A DNA stretch of 64,000 nucleotides, taken from Octopus bimaculoides (lineage: Eukaryota). The stretch is taken from NCBI RefSeq assembly GCF_001194135.2, contig NC_068995.1, positions 8,223,141 through 8,287,140 of the forward strand. Reading direction: 5' to 3'. A model generated the notes under the pieces. It was given only the letters and a program-made list of their open reading frames with translations, was not told where the DNA came from and did not search any database. Positions 14,427-25,730 of this stretch are shown here, one piece after another. The translations under genes were made by a program, and so were the position numbers. Numbering within the stretch: the stretch's first letter is position 1; each line of letters starts with the position of its first letter.

Positions 14427-14633
14427 TTAAACTAACGACAATATTGATAAAAAAAAACCCAACCATATGTAGGACTTCACTTACGCTTATACAACGTATG
14501 CTAATTTTGAATCGGATAAAAATGTATACGATAAAATTTAGCTTGTCTATGTAGCAATTTCATGAGCTTAGGCTAAATACTTTTCTTTCGTCCATCGTTA
14601 GAGAATGTTGTTTCATAGTCATACTGATAAGAC

Positions 14634-15105
14634 AGCGCATGCGCTTGGTAGTTCAGTCATCTTATATTCCACTTCCATCACTCAACTTTCCATTGTCTTT
14701 GTTCCGTACAAATGAATTACAGTCCAATTTCTCTTTAAAAATTATTACTTATTCCAGATTTTCTTGTCGTTTCACTAATTAGGCATGTAGGAGGTGAAAT
14801 ACGAGTCCAAGTCTGGCAAATCGCCGTTTGAAGCCGGTTTTCCTTGAGAGATATGTCCACAAGGAATAGGCATCACTTTGGATACTATCTTCATTAACTT
14901 CATTTGTCTGGAGCGCAATATCTTTTATATTTTGGTTTCATCTGACATATTTTCGAGGTATATTTTCGGTTCAAGAAAGGTGAATACAGTAGATGGAATG
15001 TTGTGAGTAATGTAAAGAAAATGACGAAACTGGTAGAAATGAAGGAATATACTACATATATAGATCTCTGTACAAGGCAAAGAAACAGAGATCGTGCGCA
15101 TGCGC
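14634..15105. promoter_or_regulatory. Pair of NRF1/Ewg-type GCGCATGCGC palindromes (candidate regulatory element)
   Basis: AGCGCATGCGCT at 14634-14645 and TGCGCATGCGC at 15095-15105. The second sits in a CpG-rich patch (15093-15126). Neither is inside a microsatellite. Motif match only. Confidence 0.3.
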
Positions 15106-15315
15106 TCGCGGACGACCAAGCACGCGTCTACTAAAAGATATTATGCGTCCTTCACTAAATGAAAGCTCTTGAAAGCTGTAAATAAATATTGCACTATAGA
15201 AATAATTATACGCACAAACACACGTACGCACGCACGCAGACACACATATATATACAAAGAGAGACAAAGAGAGAGAGGGAGAGAAAGAGAGAAACAGGTA
15301 TACATATGTGTGTGC

Positions 15316-15350
<35 letters not shown>

Positions 15351-15856
15351 NNNNNNNNNNNNNNNNNNNNNNNNNNNNNNNNNNNNNNNNNNNNNNNNNN
15401 NNNNNNNNNNNNNNNNNNNNNNNNNNNNNNNNNNNNNNNNNNNNNNNNNNNNNNNNNNNNNNNNNNNNNNNNNNNNNNNNNNNNNNNNNNNNNNNNNNNN
15501 NNNNNNNNNNNNNNNNNNNNNNNNNNNNNNNNNNNNNNNNNNNNNNNNNNNNNNNNNNNNNNNNNNNNNNNNNNNNNNNNNNNNNNNNNNNNNNNNNNNN
15601 NNNNNNNNNNNNNNNNNNNNNNNNNNNNNNNNNNNNNNNNNNNNNNNNNNNNNNNNNNNNNNNNNNNNNNNNNNNNNNNNNNNNNNNNNNNNNNNNNNNN
15701 NNNNNNNNNNNNNNNNNNNNNNNNNNNNNNNNNNNNNNNNNNNNNNNNNNNNNNNNNNNNNNNNNNNNNNNNNNNNNNNNNNNNNNNNNNNNNNNNNNNN
15801 NNNNNNNNNNNNNNNNNNNNNNNNNNNNNNNNNNNNNNNNNNNNNNNNNNNNNNNN

Positions 15857-15888
<32 letters not shown>

Positions 15889-16493
15889 AATCATGACTAT
15901 ATAAGTGCGTGTGTATGTGTGTTTGCGTGCGTGTGCGCGGTCGTCTCTGTAACTCACTACATGCCTATACGCGCGAGTAAGTATGTTCGTTGGTATACAT
16001 AAGAACGTCGTTATGTAGGTCAAATGAAGTAGATACTTAGATTGAAGTAATCATTCATAATTTATAGGGCAATATGTATAAATATTAAAATACATAGCGA
16101 GAGAACCAAAAAGGAATTGAATGAACGAAGAAAATCGTAAGAAAACGCGGAAGAGTAATGTTGAGAAAGCGGAGAGTGAATATAAAGGATTCGGCGCTTA
16201 AGAGAGAAAAAGAAACTATTTCGATGACAACGTAAAAGACGGCGCTGATAAGACGTGAAATTATAGGGTGAAATATAAGCAGAGAGGAACTAATAATCAA
16301 CAAACAATAAATTGCAAGTGAAAAATAGAGAAACACACAGACGAAGATATTTAGAAGCCTAAATGGGCAGACAAATACATCGATACATGTAGATATATAT
16401 TCAATATATATACGTATGTATATATATATGATGTGAGCGTGTGTGTATGCTTGTGTATGTGTGGGGGGGTATATATATACATATATATATATA

Positions 16494-16530
<37 letters not shown>

Positions 16531-16974
16531 GNNNNNNNNNNACGTGTGTGTTTGTGTGTGTGTGTGTATGTGTGTGCGTGGTGTGTGTATGTGTATGTGA
16601 ATTTGAAGAAAACGAATATGAAGATCATGCAATATGGCGGCGTTAGAGCTAAAATACTTCTCAGGAATATTAAACATACCATAAATACAAAGATATCTGA
16701 CCAGCAGCTTTATTTATTTTCTATATAAGAAGCGCAACCCCTGAGGTTTTCGCCTTAAGCATATGTGTAATATGCAAAGGGGAATATGAATCAGAGAAGA
16801 GGTCAAACTGCCTCCAAAGATATTATTTCAAAGGTAAAATCATATCCAATAGCAATTATCTGTACCGCTGAAAACCTTCAAACAACTGAAATTATAAAAG
16901 TTTACATATTATGCTCCAGAAATTTTACATATTATGCTCTTACATATTATGCTCCAGAAATGGTGATGTTTGGC

Positions 16975-17505
16975 TTACAATAATTCATCCGCCATTCGAA
17001 CAATATGGCCACACTATCTCATTTGGTTCCTCAAAATAATAGATTTAATTGAGGTGATGCCTCCAGATGCAAGGGGACATCTATGTTTGGAGCAAAAGAA
17101 CTCCATTTATTGTTTAAAATGCGATGAAGGCATTTTTGGTGGAATTGTTCTAACAATTTAAAATGCATTTCATAAGTCCACGTTTCAACAGGAATGGTAA
17201 GACAAATGATTTGTAAATAGTCAACTTTGTATTCTTGTTTTTATGTCGCTGGCACCAAACGCGTGACACCAAGCCACCAAATGCTTTTGCAGCCCTTTGG
17301 ATTCGCAGATGTATTTCTGTATCAAGATTTTCATCATTTTGTACAGAGCTTCCAAGGTAGATGAACGAATCGACAACCTCAAGTAACTTACTCTTAACAA
17401 AACTTTTAGGAGGCTTACAAACAGCACCGCACGCAGGTTGATGCATTACAAATACTGTTTTGAAGTTGATGATCAAACCAAAATTAATCACAAGCTGATT
17501 CAAAT
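16975..17505 (-). mobile_element. Decayed RTE-clade (BovB-like) LINE fragment, RT C-terminal region
   Basis: ORF 17150-17503(-) reads KTVFVMHQP...LEVVDSFIYLGS...LDTEIHLRIQRAAKAFGGL..RVW...TKLTIYKSFVLP. Frameshifted continuation gives HFKLLEQFHQKCLHRILNNKW...ITSIKSIILRNQMR*CGHIVRMADE, typical RTE post-RT motifs (YLGS; FHxxCLRRIL; RWxGHxxRM). Confidence 0.85.
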
Positions 17506-17509
17506 ATAT

Positions 17510-17760
17510 TTAGTAAACCCTCGACTATCGCGGGTGTTACGTTCCAAAACGCCTCGCGATTGGTGAAAATCCGCGAAGTAGAAACAGTCCTGTACTGTAT
17601 ATTTTTTTAAAAATTATTTTCATAATTTGCACATAATTATTTTTATAATTTGTATTTATTTATTTTATTATAAATGCCAGACAACACCGCGGAGCAATCG
17701 ACGTAAGCTTAAATAATAAACCGCGATAGGTGAACCGCGTTATGGTGAGGGATTAGAATA
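17510..17760. mobile_element. Tigger/pogo-like non-autonomous DNA transposon (MITE, ~250 bp)
   Basis: Imperfect TIRs: tagtaaaccctcgactatcgcgg (17511) versus the reverse complement of ccgcgttatggtgagggattagaata (to 17760). The subterminal motif cgcgat(t/a)ggtgaa..ccgcg is present near both ends. AT-rich non-coding interior. Family assignment is from recalled CAGTAAACCCTCG-type Tigger ends. Confidence 0.65.
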
Positions 17761-18359
17761 TGTGTGTGTGTGTGTGTGTATGTGTGTGTGTGCATAAAAG
17801 ATATACTCACGCGTATACACACACACACACACACGTAGTGAGATTGAAAGATAAGATAAAAAGAGAGCAAGGGGAAGAGAGGTTGGGAGACAACCAAGAT
17901 GTAATGAGAAGCACACAAAATCAGAGAATGGAGAGAAGTACATTAAAGTGAGAAAGAGAAAAAAGAGAAAGAGGTGGGAAGTGTGTGAGAGAGAGAGCAT
18001 GCGTGTGTGAGGGTGAGTGTCTGTGTGTGTGTGAGACGGACAGACAAACAGACAGGCAGATAGATTAGGAATGAAGGAGATCTAAAGAAGAAGGAAATTA
18101 GCGAAACACAATAAATAAAGGTGTTAGAGTCATTCAAATATTCTCTATGAAAAGTGAGTGTGAATATCTGCATTGGTAAACGAGCATATACGTGTGTGTC
18201 TGTGTGTGTGCGTGTGTGTGTGTGTGCTTGAGTTATTTAATTAATTGAAACTTGAGAAAACATAAAGACGGAATATTGAAATAGGAAAAAAAAAATAGAA
18301 CAAAAATAGAACAAAAATCCGCGCATATCAAAACTGGCAATAAAAATACCGCCCAAAAG

Positions 18360-19030
18360 CAGCAGTACCACCATCGCCAGGACCGATATCATCATTATCA
18401 TCATCATATATCATCATCATCATCATCATCACCATCATCATCATTATCGTCATCATCAACATCATCCTTATTGTCATCAACATCATCATCATCATCATCA
18501 TATATCATCATCCACATCATCGTTGTCATCATCATCATCATCATCATCATTACCGTCATCATCATCATCATCATTATCGTCATCGTCCTCATCGTTATCG
18601 TCATCATCATGATCAACATCATCCGGATCAAATCATCATGATCATCATCATCATCATTGTCATCATCATCATCATCATCATCATCAACTTCATCATCATC
18701 ATCATCGTCGTCGTCGTTATCATCAACAGAAGCAGACGCAACACCAACAGCACTTGTCCTGCTGTAGTCATCATTAGCGCTCGTAACGACAGCAGCGCCC
18801 CCAAAAGCATTATGGTCAGCAGCAAAGGAGTCCACATCTGCACCAGCATCAGCAGCACGATTGGCACGACCAGCCACTAGGACAACCGTCACAAACTTTG
18901 CCGCTTCTTCCACCACCACCACCAACAACAACACGAAAACCACCACCACTACCATTAATTACTTCTGCATCACATCCATCCTAACCAATCGCTAACACCA
19001 CTACTTACGTCAGCATCACCGTTTTCCAGC
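18360..19030. repeat. Degenerate (CAT)n/(CAC)n/(CAG)n trinucleotide low-complexity tract
   Basis: Long interrupted catcatcat runs at 18385-18725, grading into cag/cac/caa repeats. Confidence 0.9.
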
Positions 19031-19324
19031 ACTACCATACCGTCATTCACACACATACAGACACACACGTACACACACAAACGCCCGCGACACACATGCA
19101 CGCAAACACACACACATCCACGCACGCACATACACACTCACGCACACGCACGCACTCTCTCTTTCTCTTTCTCTCTCTCTTCTTCTGTCTCTCCCTATCT
19201 TCTCTCTCTAGCTCTCTTTCTCTGTCTCTCCCCCAACCTTCTCTCTCTTCCTCTGTCTCTCTCCCATCGCTCTCTCTCCAACTACATATAACTACTCGAG
19301 CAGTAACAACACACATGTTACTAA

Positions 19325-19537
19325 TGGTTTCAAATTTCAGCACAAGGCCAGCAATTTCGAGAGTGGGGTAGGTTGACTAAATCGATCCCAGTGTTCAACT
19401 GCTACTTAGTTCATCGACCTCCAAAAGCTGAAAAGCAACGGGGAACTCTGCAGAATTTGAACTCAGACCGTAAAGACAGCTGAAATGCCGCTTAGCATTT
19501 TGCCTCTCCTATTAACGTTTGTGCTAGCTCTTTGCCT
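19325..19537 (-). mobile_element. tRNA-derived SINE family B, diverged full-length copy
   Basis: cacaaggccagcaatttc...atcgatcccagtg...cagaatttgaactcagaccgtaaagacagctgaaatgccgcttagcattttgcc...taacgtttgtgctagctc matches the reverse complement of family B. Confidence 0.75.
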
Positions 19538-19579
19538 TTCACCCAACAGCAATAGTAATACCTATCATTACCTTAGACC

Positions 19580-19642
19580 ATGTTAAGGCAGTTCAAATCC
19601 CGCCGGGGTCGACCTTAATTTTCATCTCGGATCGATAAATTA
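19580..19642 (+). mobile_element. SINE family B internal fragment
   Basis: agttcaaatcccgccggggtcgacc...ttcatctcggatcgataaatta (B-box plus central domain), running directly into the family C copy. Confidence 0.6.
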
Positions 19643-20205
19643 TTATTAAGTGCATGCCGTCAAAATGACACTGGGTTATAAATGTACGAAACTCAATATA
19701 CCCAACATGACTACCCTTCTGATAAGGGTACACCAGGCACATGCATCACAACCATATGTGCGCGACATTGTGATCTCATATCAAGATAAACAGTGCATGA
19801 TCTTGCAGGTGGGGCTCAGTTAAAATTTTCTTCGGGTCGAGTAGTCCATCCCGCTCAAAAGGTCACTGAATAAGAGTTGTTTAATGATGTTGAACAAAAC
19901 ACCCATGTTTCCAGAGGCGAGTTATTCAAACCCCAAAGAATTCCTCTCGTACGAATGGCTATGATGCTCCCTCACTACTCCTGCTTGTGATCAGAGATGC
20001 ACATATCAGCCACCAAGGGACATGCTCAACTGGTTAAGGTCAAACAACTGACAAGCAAATCTGTGGTACTGAGCAGAATATTTGCTGTAGCCCATCTTTT
20101 ATACCAAGACAAGACAATGTACATGATAACACTTCCGATCAGTGAAGATCAGAAGCCATGAGAACCATTGCCTGGTACTGAATCAGGGCATTTATTATTA
20201 TTATT
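19640..20205 (-). mobile_element. Family C repeat, full length, flanked by (TTA)n at both ends
   Basis: Reverse complement of the 5957-6502 and 44131-44548 sequence. ttattatt at 19640-19647 and ttattattattatt at 20192-20205. Confidence 0.9.
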
Positions 20206-21260
20206 CTTATCATCATCATCATCATCATCATCATCATATCACAATGATCGTCATCACTACCACCAAGTCAGCGGCTACCACCACCGTCACCATCAACCGC
20301 CGCCACCACCATAAGCACCACCACCATCAACATTATCTTCATAATTATCATCGTCTTTATCATACATGGAAAAGAAATTAATAAACTTCTTAGAACAGAA
20401 TCCAAAACAACATCAATCATGATGTTTGAAATATTCAATCAACAACAACCACAAAAACCAAACAAACAAACAAACAAACAAAAAAAAACAAAAATATCAA
20501 CAGCAACATCAGCAATATTCACATCAGCCCGAAAAACTACAACAATAGCTACAAAAAAAAAACACTCGCTAACAATAACAACTACAACGAGCGCAATACC
20601 ACGTTACAAACAACCACCGTCACAACAAAAACATGTCTGTCATCGTCGTCACCTGAACTACAGCAATCCTCCGTCCACTCCTCCTCTCCTCCTCCTCTAC
20701 CACCACCCTCACCTGCACTCCACCTCCCTCCTCCTCCTCCTCCTCAACATCATCATCGACATCGTTGTTTTCATAACCACCACCACCACCACCACCACAA
20801 AAATCATCATCACCATCCGCTTCTACCTCCTCCTCCTCGTCATCATCATCACCGTTATTACCACCACCACCCCATCATCATCGTTATTATCATCACCATC
20901 GTAATTTTCATCATCATCATCACCTTCACCATCATCATTGTCTCTACCAGCAGCAAGTGCAGCAGCATTTTCAGCTTAATTTTAACCAGAAAACCAGCAA
21001 CAACAACAACAACAATGATGTCAACAACAAGAAAAACATCGAATAAACAATTTGAAAAATGATGTCCCGATCAAATATGTGATGAGTGAATATGGAAATA
21101 ACACAGCCAACGCTATCATCGCCATCACTATCACCCTAACGGCAACAGCACTAATTTGGGGTAAACACAACAGATACAAATCTCTCCTATTTCAACCCCA
21201 CCCGACCCCAGCACCACAACCACCACCGACGCCACGACAACGGCGATGAGTAACTCCACC
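20206..21260. repeat. Degenerate (CAT)/(CAC)/(CAA)/(CTC) trinucleotide low-complexity tract
   Basis: Continuous mosaic of trinucleotide runs, C+A rich on the + strand. Confidence 0.85.
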
Positions 21261-21677
21261 TCCACTGTCCCTTATGTGGTCGCTAAAATGGCCTCCAATT
21301 CAACATTCATTGACACTGTACTGTCTTATAAAAAAAAAAGAAAGCGAAAAACTAAAGGTCACCTTATCTAGGACGACAATGTGTTCCCGATACATAGGAA
21401 AGAGATGGCATAGTTACGGATGGAATTGTTTTAATTATAGATCCTCTCCAATAAAATGAGTGACATAAACGTGACAAATCCTAAACCAAACCTCTCAAGA
21501 TAAACCAGTAACATTTCTAGCGATACGCCATACACAAGAGGAATTTTTCCAACACAGCTCTGCATAACAGAAATATAACAGTCAGGTAGAGCATCGGTTG
21601 TGCAACGGTGACGTACGGAAGTCATATCTTGACCAGAACAACGCGTGTAGTCCTGGACAAATTTATGAAGAAGTCTA

Positions 21678-21856
21678 CTTAGTGGTATTTCGTCTGAGTT
21701 CAAAATCCGCGGAGGTCGACTTTGCCTTTCATCCTTTCGGAGTCGATAAATTAAGTACCAGTTACGCAGTGGGGTTGATGTAATCGACTTAATCCCTTTT
21801 TCTGCCCTTTTTTGTCCCCTCTATGTTTAGCCCCTTGTGGGCAATAAAGAAATAAA
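21678..21856 (+). mobile_element. SINE family B, 5'-truncated, alternative 3' tail (...gtcccctctatgtttagccccttgtgggcaataaagaaata)
   Basis: Central domain gaggtcgactttgcctttcatcctttcggagtcgataaattaagtaccagtt is nearly identical to 48142-48192, but the tail differs. Confidence 0.85.
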
Positions 21857-22057
21857 CGTTCGCACGCCGGGCGAAATGCCTAGCGGTATTTCGTCTGTCT
21901 TTACGTCTGATTTCAAACTCCGCCGAGGTTGACTTTGCTTTCCATCCTCTCGGCTTTGATAAATTAAGTACCAGTTGCGTACTGGGTTCGATCTAATAGA
22001 CTGGCCTCTTCCCTAAAAAAAAATTGGGGACTTGTGCCTCGAGTAGAAAGGAATATT
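21854..22057 (+). mobile_element. SINE family B, second copy in direct tandem
   Basis: aaacgttcgcacgccgggcgaaatgcctagcggtatttcgtctg...aagtaccagttgcgtactggg...cttgtgcctcgagtagaaaggaatatt; same tail type as 45042-45246 and 48054-48267. Confidence 0.85.
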
Positions 22058-22339
22058 ATACAACGTAATACAAAAATAATTGATGATACGGGTTTCACCG
22101 TTCCTTCACGATGATGTGTAATCTTATTTCTATAACGGAATCTTTCTTGCGAAATGTAAGTGTAAGTGTTTAAGTATTTCCACCGAGAGTTAGGCCTTTA
22201 ATGTAATTCTCACGATTCTGAGTAACCACCAAACAAAATAGTCCTTTTGATTTACAGCGAATGTTAAGAAGGGCAAATCTAACCCGGCACACGATCGGCG
22301 TTATATTTATCAGCCAACAATAGATTAACGACGAAATCG

Positions 22340-22470
22340 CTTCGGTTAAATGTCGTTCGATATTTGTTCCAAATCTTTACATTCTGAGTTCAAATCCTGC
22401 CGATGCAGATCTGCGTTTCAGTCACCCAGGTGAATATAACATAATTCACCAATCAAGTACTGTGGCTGAA
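22340..22470 (+). mobile_element. Highly decayed SINE family B fragment
   Basis: tctttacattctgagttcaaatcctgccga (B-box region), with weak similarity on either side. Confidence 0.45.
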
Positions 22471-22999
22471 CACCTTTGATTCACAGTTAAATATGACAGG
22501 AAAGAATCAGCACTCGAACTGGATCAGTATTTTAATTATCATCCATGGATGGTTTCAATGCTTATTCATTTTTGGCTAAAATGCGTCGCGACAACGTTTG
22601 TTTTTTTGTGTTTGTTTTCAGATCCTCCTTTTTATGCACAAAGTTCAGATCTTCGGGATGAAAAGTACAGTTGATCATTTCGGTTGTCAATAAAAGAATG
22701 TAGCTGTTAGGTATCGATTCCTTCAAAATTATTCGTTCGACCTGCATCTAACTTAGAAATTATAATCAAACTTGAAACTATTGTCAATCACAGCTACCAG
22801 CTTTTGTATCATGTCCTCTTTCATCAACTGAAGTGTTTCCGATGCAGTCCTCCACTCACAGATTCAACATTTTTTCACACAGCCACTTACTGTTCAGGAG
22901 AACATGAAAACCCACTTCGCTGGACAAGGCCACCAACGTTCGTAAAATAAACAGTCGCTACCACACCCAGCCCTGCAATAATATGCTCACATCACTTAA

Positions 23000-24010
23000 T
23001 TCTCCTCCTCCAACCGCAACGCTATTATAAACAATACTACTGGCACTTTAGAAATGTGTCACATGTCCCTTTACACTGACATCATATCTCATCTTTCTAT
23101 TATAAACATCTCGATATCACGCGAGAAGTACGACAACGGCCACCACCTCATTGAATACAATACTTCTACATCCTATCTCCTTCATCGTCACAACTGCCTC
23201 CTCCTCTACATCCAGCCCTCGTCACTCCACCACTTGTACTACTAACTTCAAACCAGAATCAACATCTGCACTATCATCTCATTTCAGCCTCCACCAGATA
23301 TGTCATCTTCAATCCCTCCTTCATTAGCTCCGTATTGCCATTCTCTCCATCCCCAATACCATCATCATATTTATCAATAGCATCAACAGCATCATCAACT
23401 CCATCACCATCACATCATCATCCCCCTCAATACAGCCATCAACCTCACAATCATCTCTTCACTGTCAAGTATCTCTAAGAGTACCATCATATATTTAACA
23501 GTCATCACAGTCACCAACAATAGCAACGAAGTAAGAACATAACCACCACCACCACCAACAACAACAACAGCAACAACAACAACACCAACATCACCACCAC
23601 CTCTAATAATAACAAGCCTCCACTATCACGTTACTCCAATAAACAACAACCGCAACAACAACACCACCACCAACAACAACTAAAACACCAACAACAATAA
23701 CACCACCACCACCACCACCTCTAATAAAAACAAACCTCCACTACCACGTTACTCCAATAAACAACATCTGCAATAACAACAACATGTCGGTTGCAACGAA
23801 TAAATAACAGCAAACAGGAACACATATTCTGATGACCACAGCGATATGAACAGCGACACCATTACTACTAACATCGCCGCCATCACCAACACCACCGACA
23901 CCATAACCATGAACAGCGACAACCGCCAATAACAAAACAAAACAAGACAAAAACAAGGACAGTAATCATTAACAGCAACAGCAACAGCAACAACAACAAC
24001 AGCGCCGACA
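23000..24010. repeat. Degenerate CAT/CAC/CAA low-complexity tract with internal segmental duplications
   Basis: Trinucleotide mosaic. A 48-nt block is repeated at 23601 and 23719, and a 25-nt block at 23823 and 24009. Confidence 0.8.
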
Positions 24011-24832
24011 TGTTCTGATGACCAGAGCGATATCAAATACAACGATGAAAAGAGATAAAAGTGTCTGGAATTTAATAAAATAAATGTTTAAGTCGGCCAT
24101 TTTAGCTGTTCGTTTCCTCTTTCACTCTTGCGTATTCATTCCACTATTCTTTGACTCGGTTATTCCATGTTTATTTCTCTTCAATTCATTCGTCTTCTAT
24201 TTCTATCTGTAGTCTGTTCTTGTCTTCTTCTTCTACATTCAACTAATTCAACTTACTTCTACCAACCTACAAACCAACTAACCAAACAAACGTACCAACT
24301 AACCAATTTTCGATATAAGCATCACTTACTTAGCAAAAGACCTAAAACGCTTTACAAAGACACAACATTCTATGTGATGTACGGGATACATATAGTTAAT
24401 AGAATCTACACATTGTGTGTCTGATACAAGGCACATATTTTATCAACTACTGTGAAAATCGTCATAGAACCGGATGATTGCAGAATACTCCATTGAAAGT
24501 AACGGACGCGGTCGTGCTATGAAGCTCATACAAAGCCTCTAGACTTCTTCCTCCAACTCCCTCTCTTTCTCTCACTCTCTTTGTCTCACTCATTCCCCAT
24601 ATCTCTGTAACTCTTTCGGTTAGGCGCTTTATATAAAACTTAGCATTCATAAGAAATTATCTGATGGTTCAGAATTTGCATTTGCTTTTAAGATAAAACC
24701 CCAAATTCTCCCATAGAGAATATAAATTAATTCTAGCCTTTATAACTCCTAAAGATATTGCAGAATTTAGAATATACAATATATAATATATACACATATA
24801 TATGTATGCATACATATTCATAAATATATACA

Positions 24833-24880
<48 letters not shown>

Positions 24881-25664
24881 NNNNNNNNNNNNNNNNNNNN
24901 NNNNNNNNNNNNNNNNNNNNNNNNNNNNNNNNNNNNNNNNNNNNNNNNNNNNNNNNNNNNNNNNNNNNNNNNNNNNNNNNNNNNNNNNNNNNNNNNNNNN
25001 NNNNNNNNNNNNNNNNNNNNNNNNNNNNNNNNNNNNNNNNNNNNNNNNNNNNNNNNNNNNNNNNNNNNNNNNNNNNNNNNNNNNNNNNNNNNNNNNNNNN
25101 NNNNNNNNNNNNNNNNNNNNNNNNNNNNNNNNNNNNNNNNNNNNNNNNNNNNNNNNNNNNNNNNNNNNNNNNNNNNNNNNNNNNNNNNNNNNNNNNNNNN
25201 NNNNNNNNNNNNNNNNNNNNNNNNNNNNNNNNNNNNNNNNNNNNNNNNNNNNNNNNNNNNNNNNNNNNNNNNNNNNNNNNNNNNNNNNNNNNNNNNNNNN
25301 NNNNNNNNNNNNNNNNNNNNNNNNNNNNNNNNNNNNNNNNNNNNNNNNNNNNNNNNNNNNNNNNNNNNNNNNNNNNNNNNNNNNNNNNNNNNNNNNNNNN
25401 NNNNNNNNNNNNNNNNNNNNNNNNNNNNNNNNNNNNNNNNNNNNNNNNNNNNNNNNNNNNNNNNNNNNNNNNNNNNNNNNNNNNNNNNNTAATAATAACA
25501 CAAGTCTTTAAAAGCTGGTATAAATTTATTTCTATTTAGAATCTATTTCGAAAAAGTCATCAAGTACGATGACACATTTACAACTCCGTACACTCTTCTT
25601 TAGCCTTATCTTTAAGTTTGTATTTCGTTCTCCAACGATGTGTTAGCTCTGTTATACTTTCAGC

Positions 25665-25730
<66 letters not shown>

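Noticed and set aside
18404-18955. 183-aa minus-strand ORF with a hydrophobic N-terminus and poly-Asp tail (looks like a secreted acidic protein)
   Set aside because: It is the reverse translation of a (CAT)n/(CAC)n tract. Overlapping frames give poly-Met and poly-Ile, and there are no splice or domain signals.
20419-20904. 161-aa Thr/His/Leu-rich ORF (mucin-like)
   Set aside because: Entirely within degenerate trinucleotide repeats.
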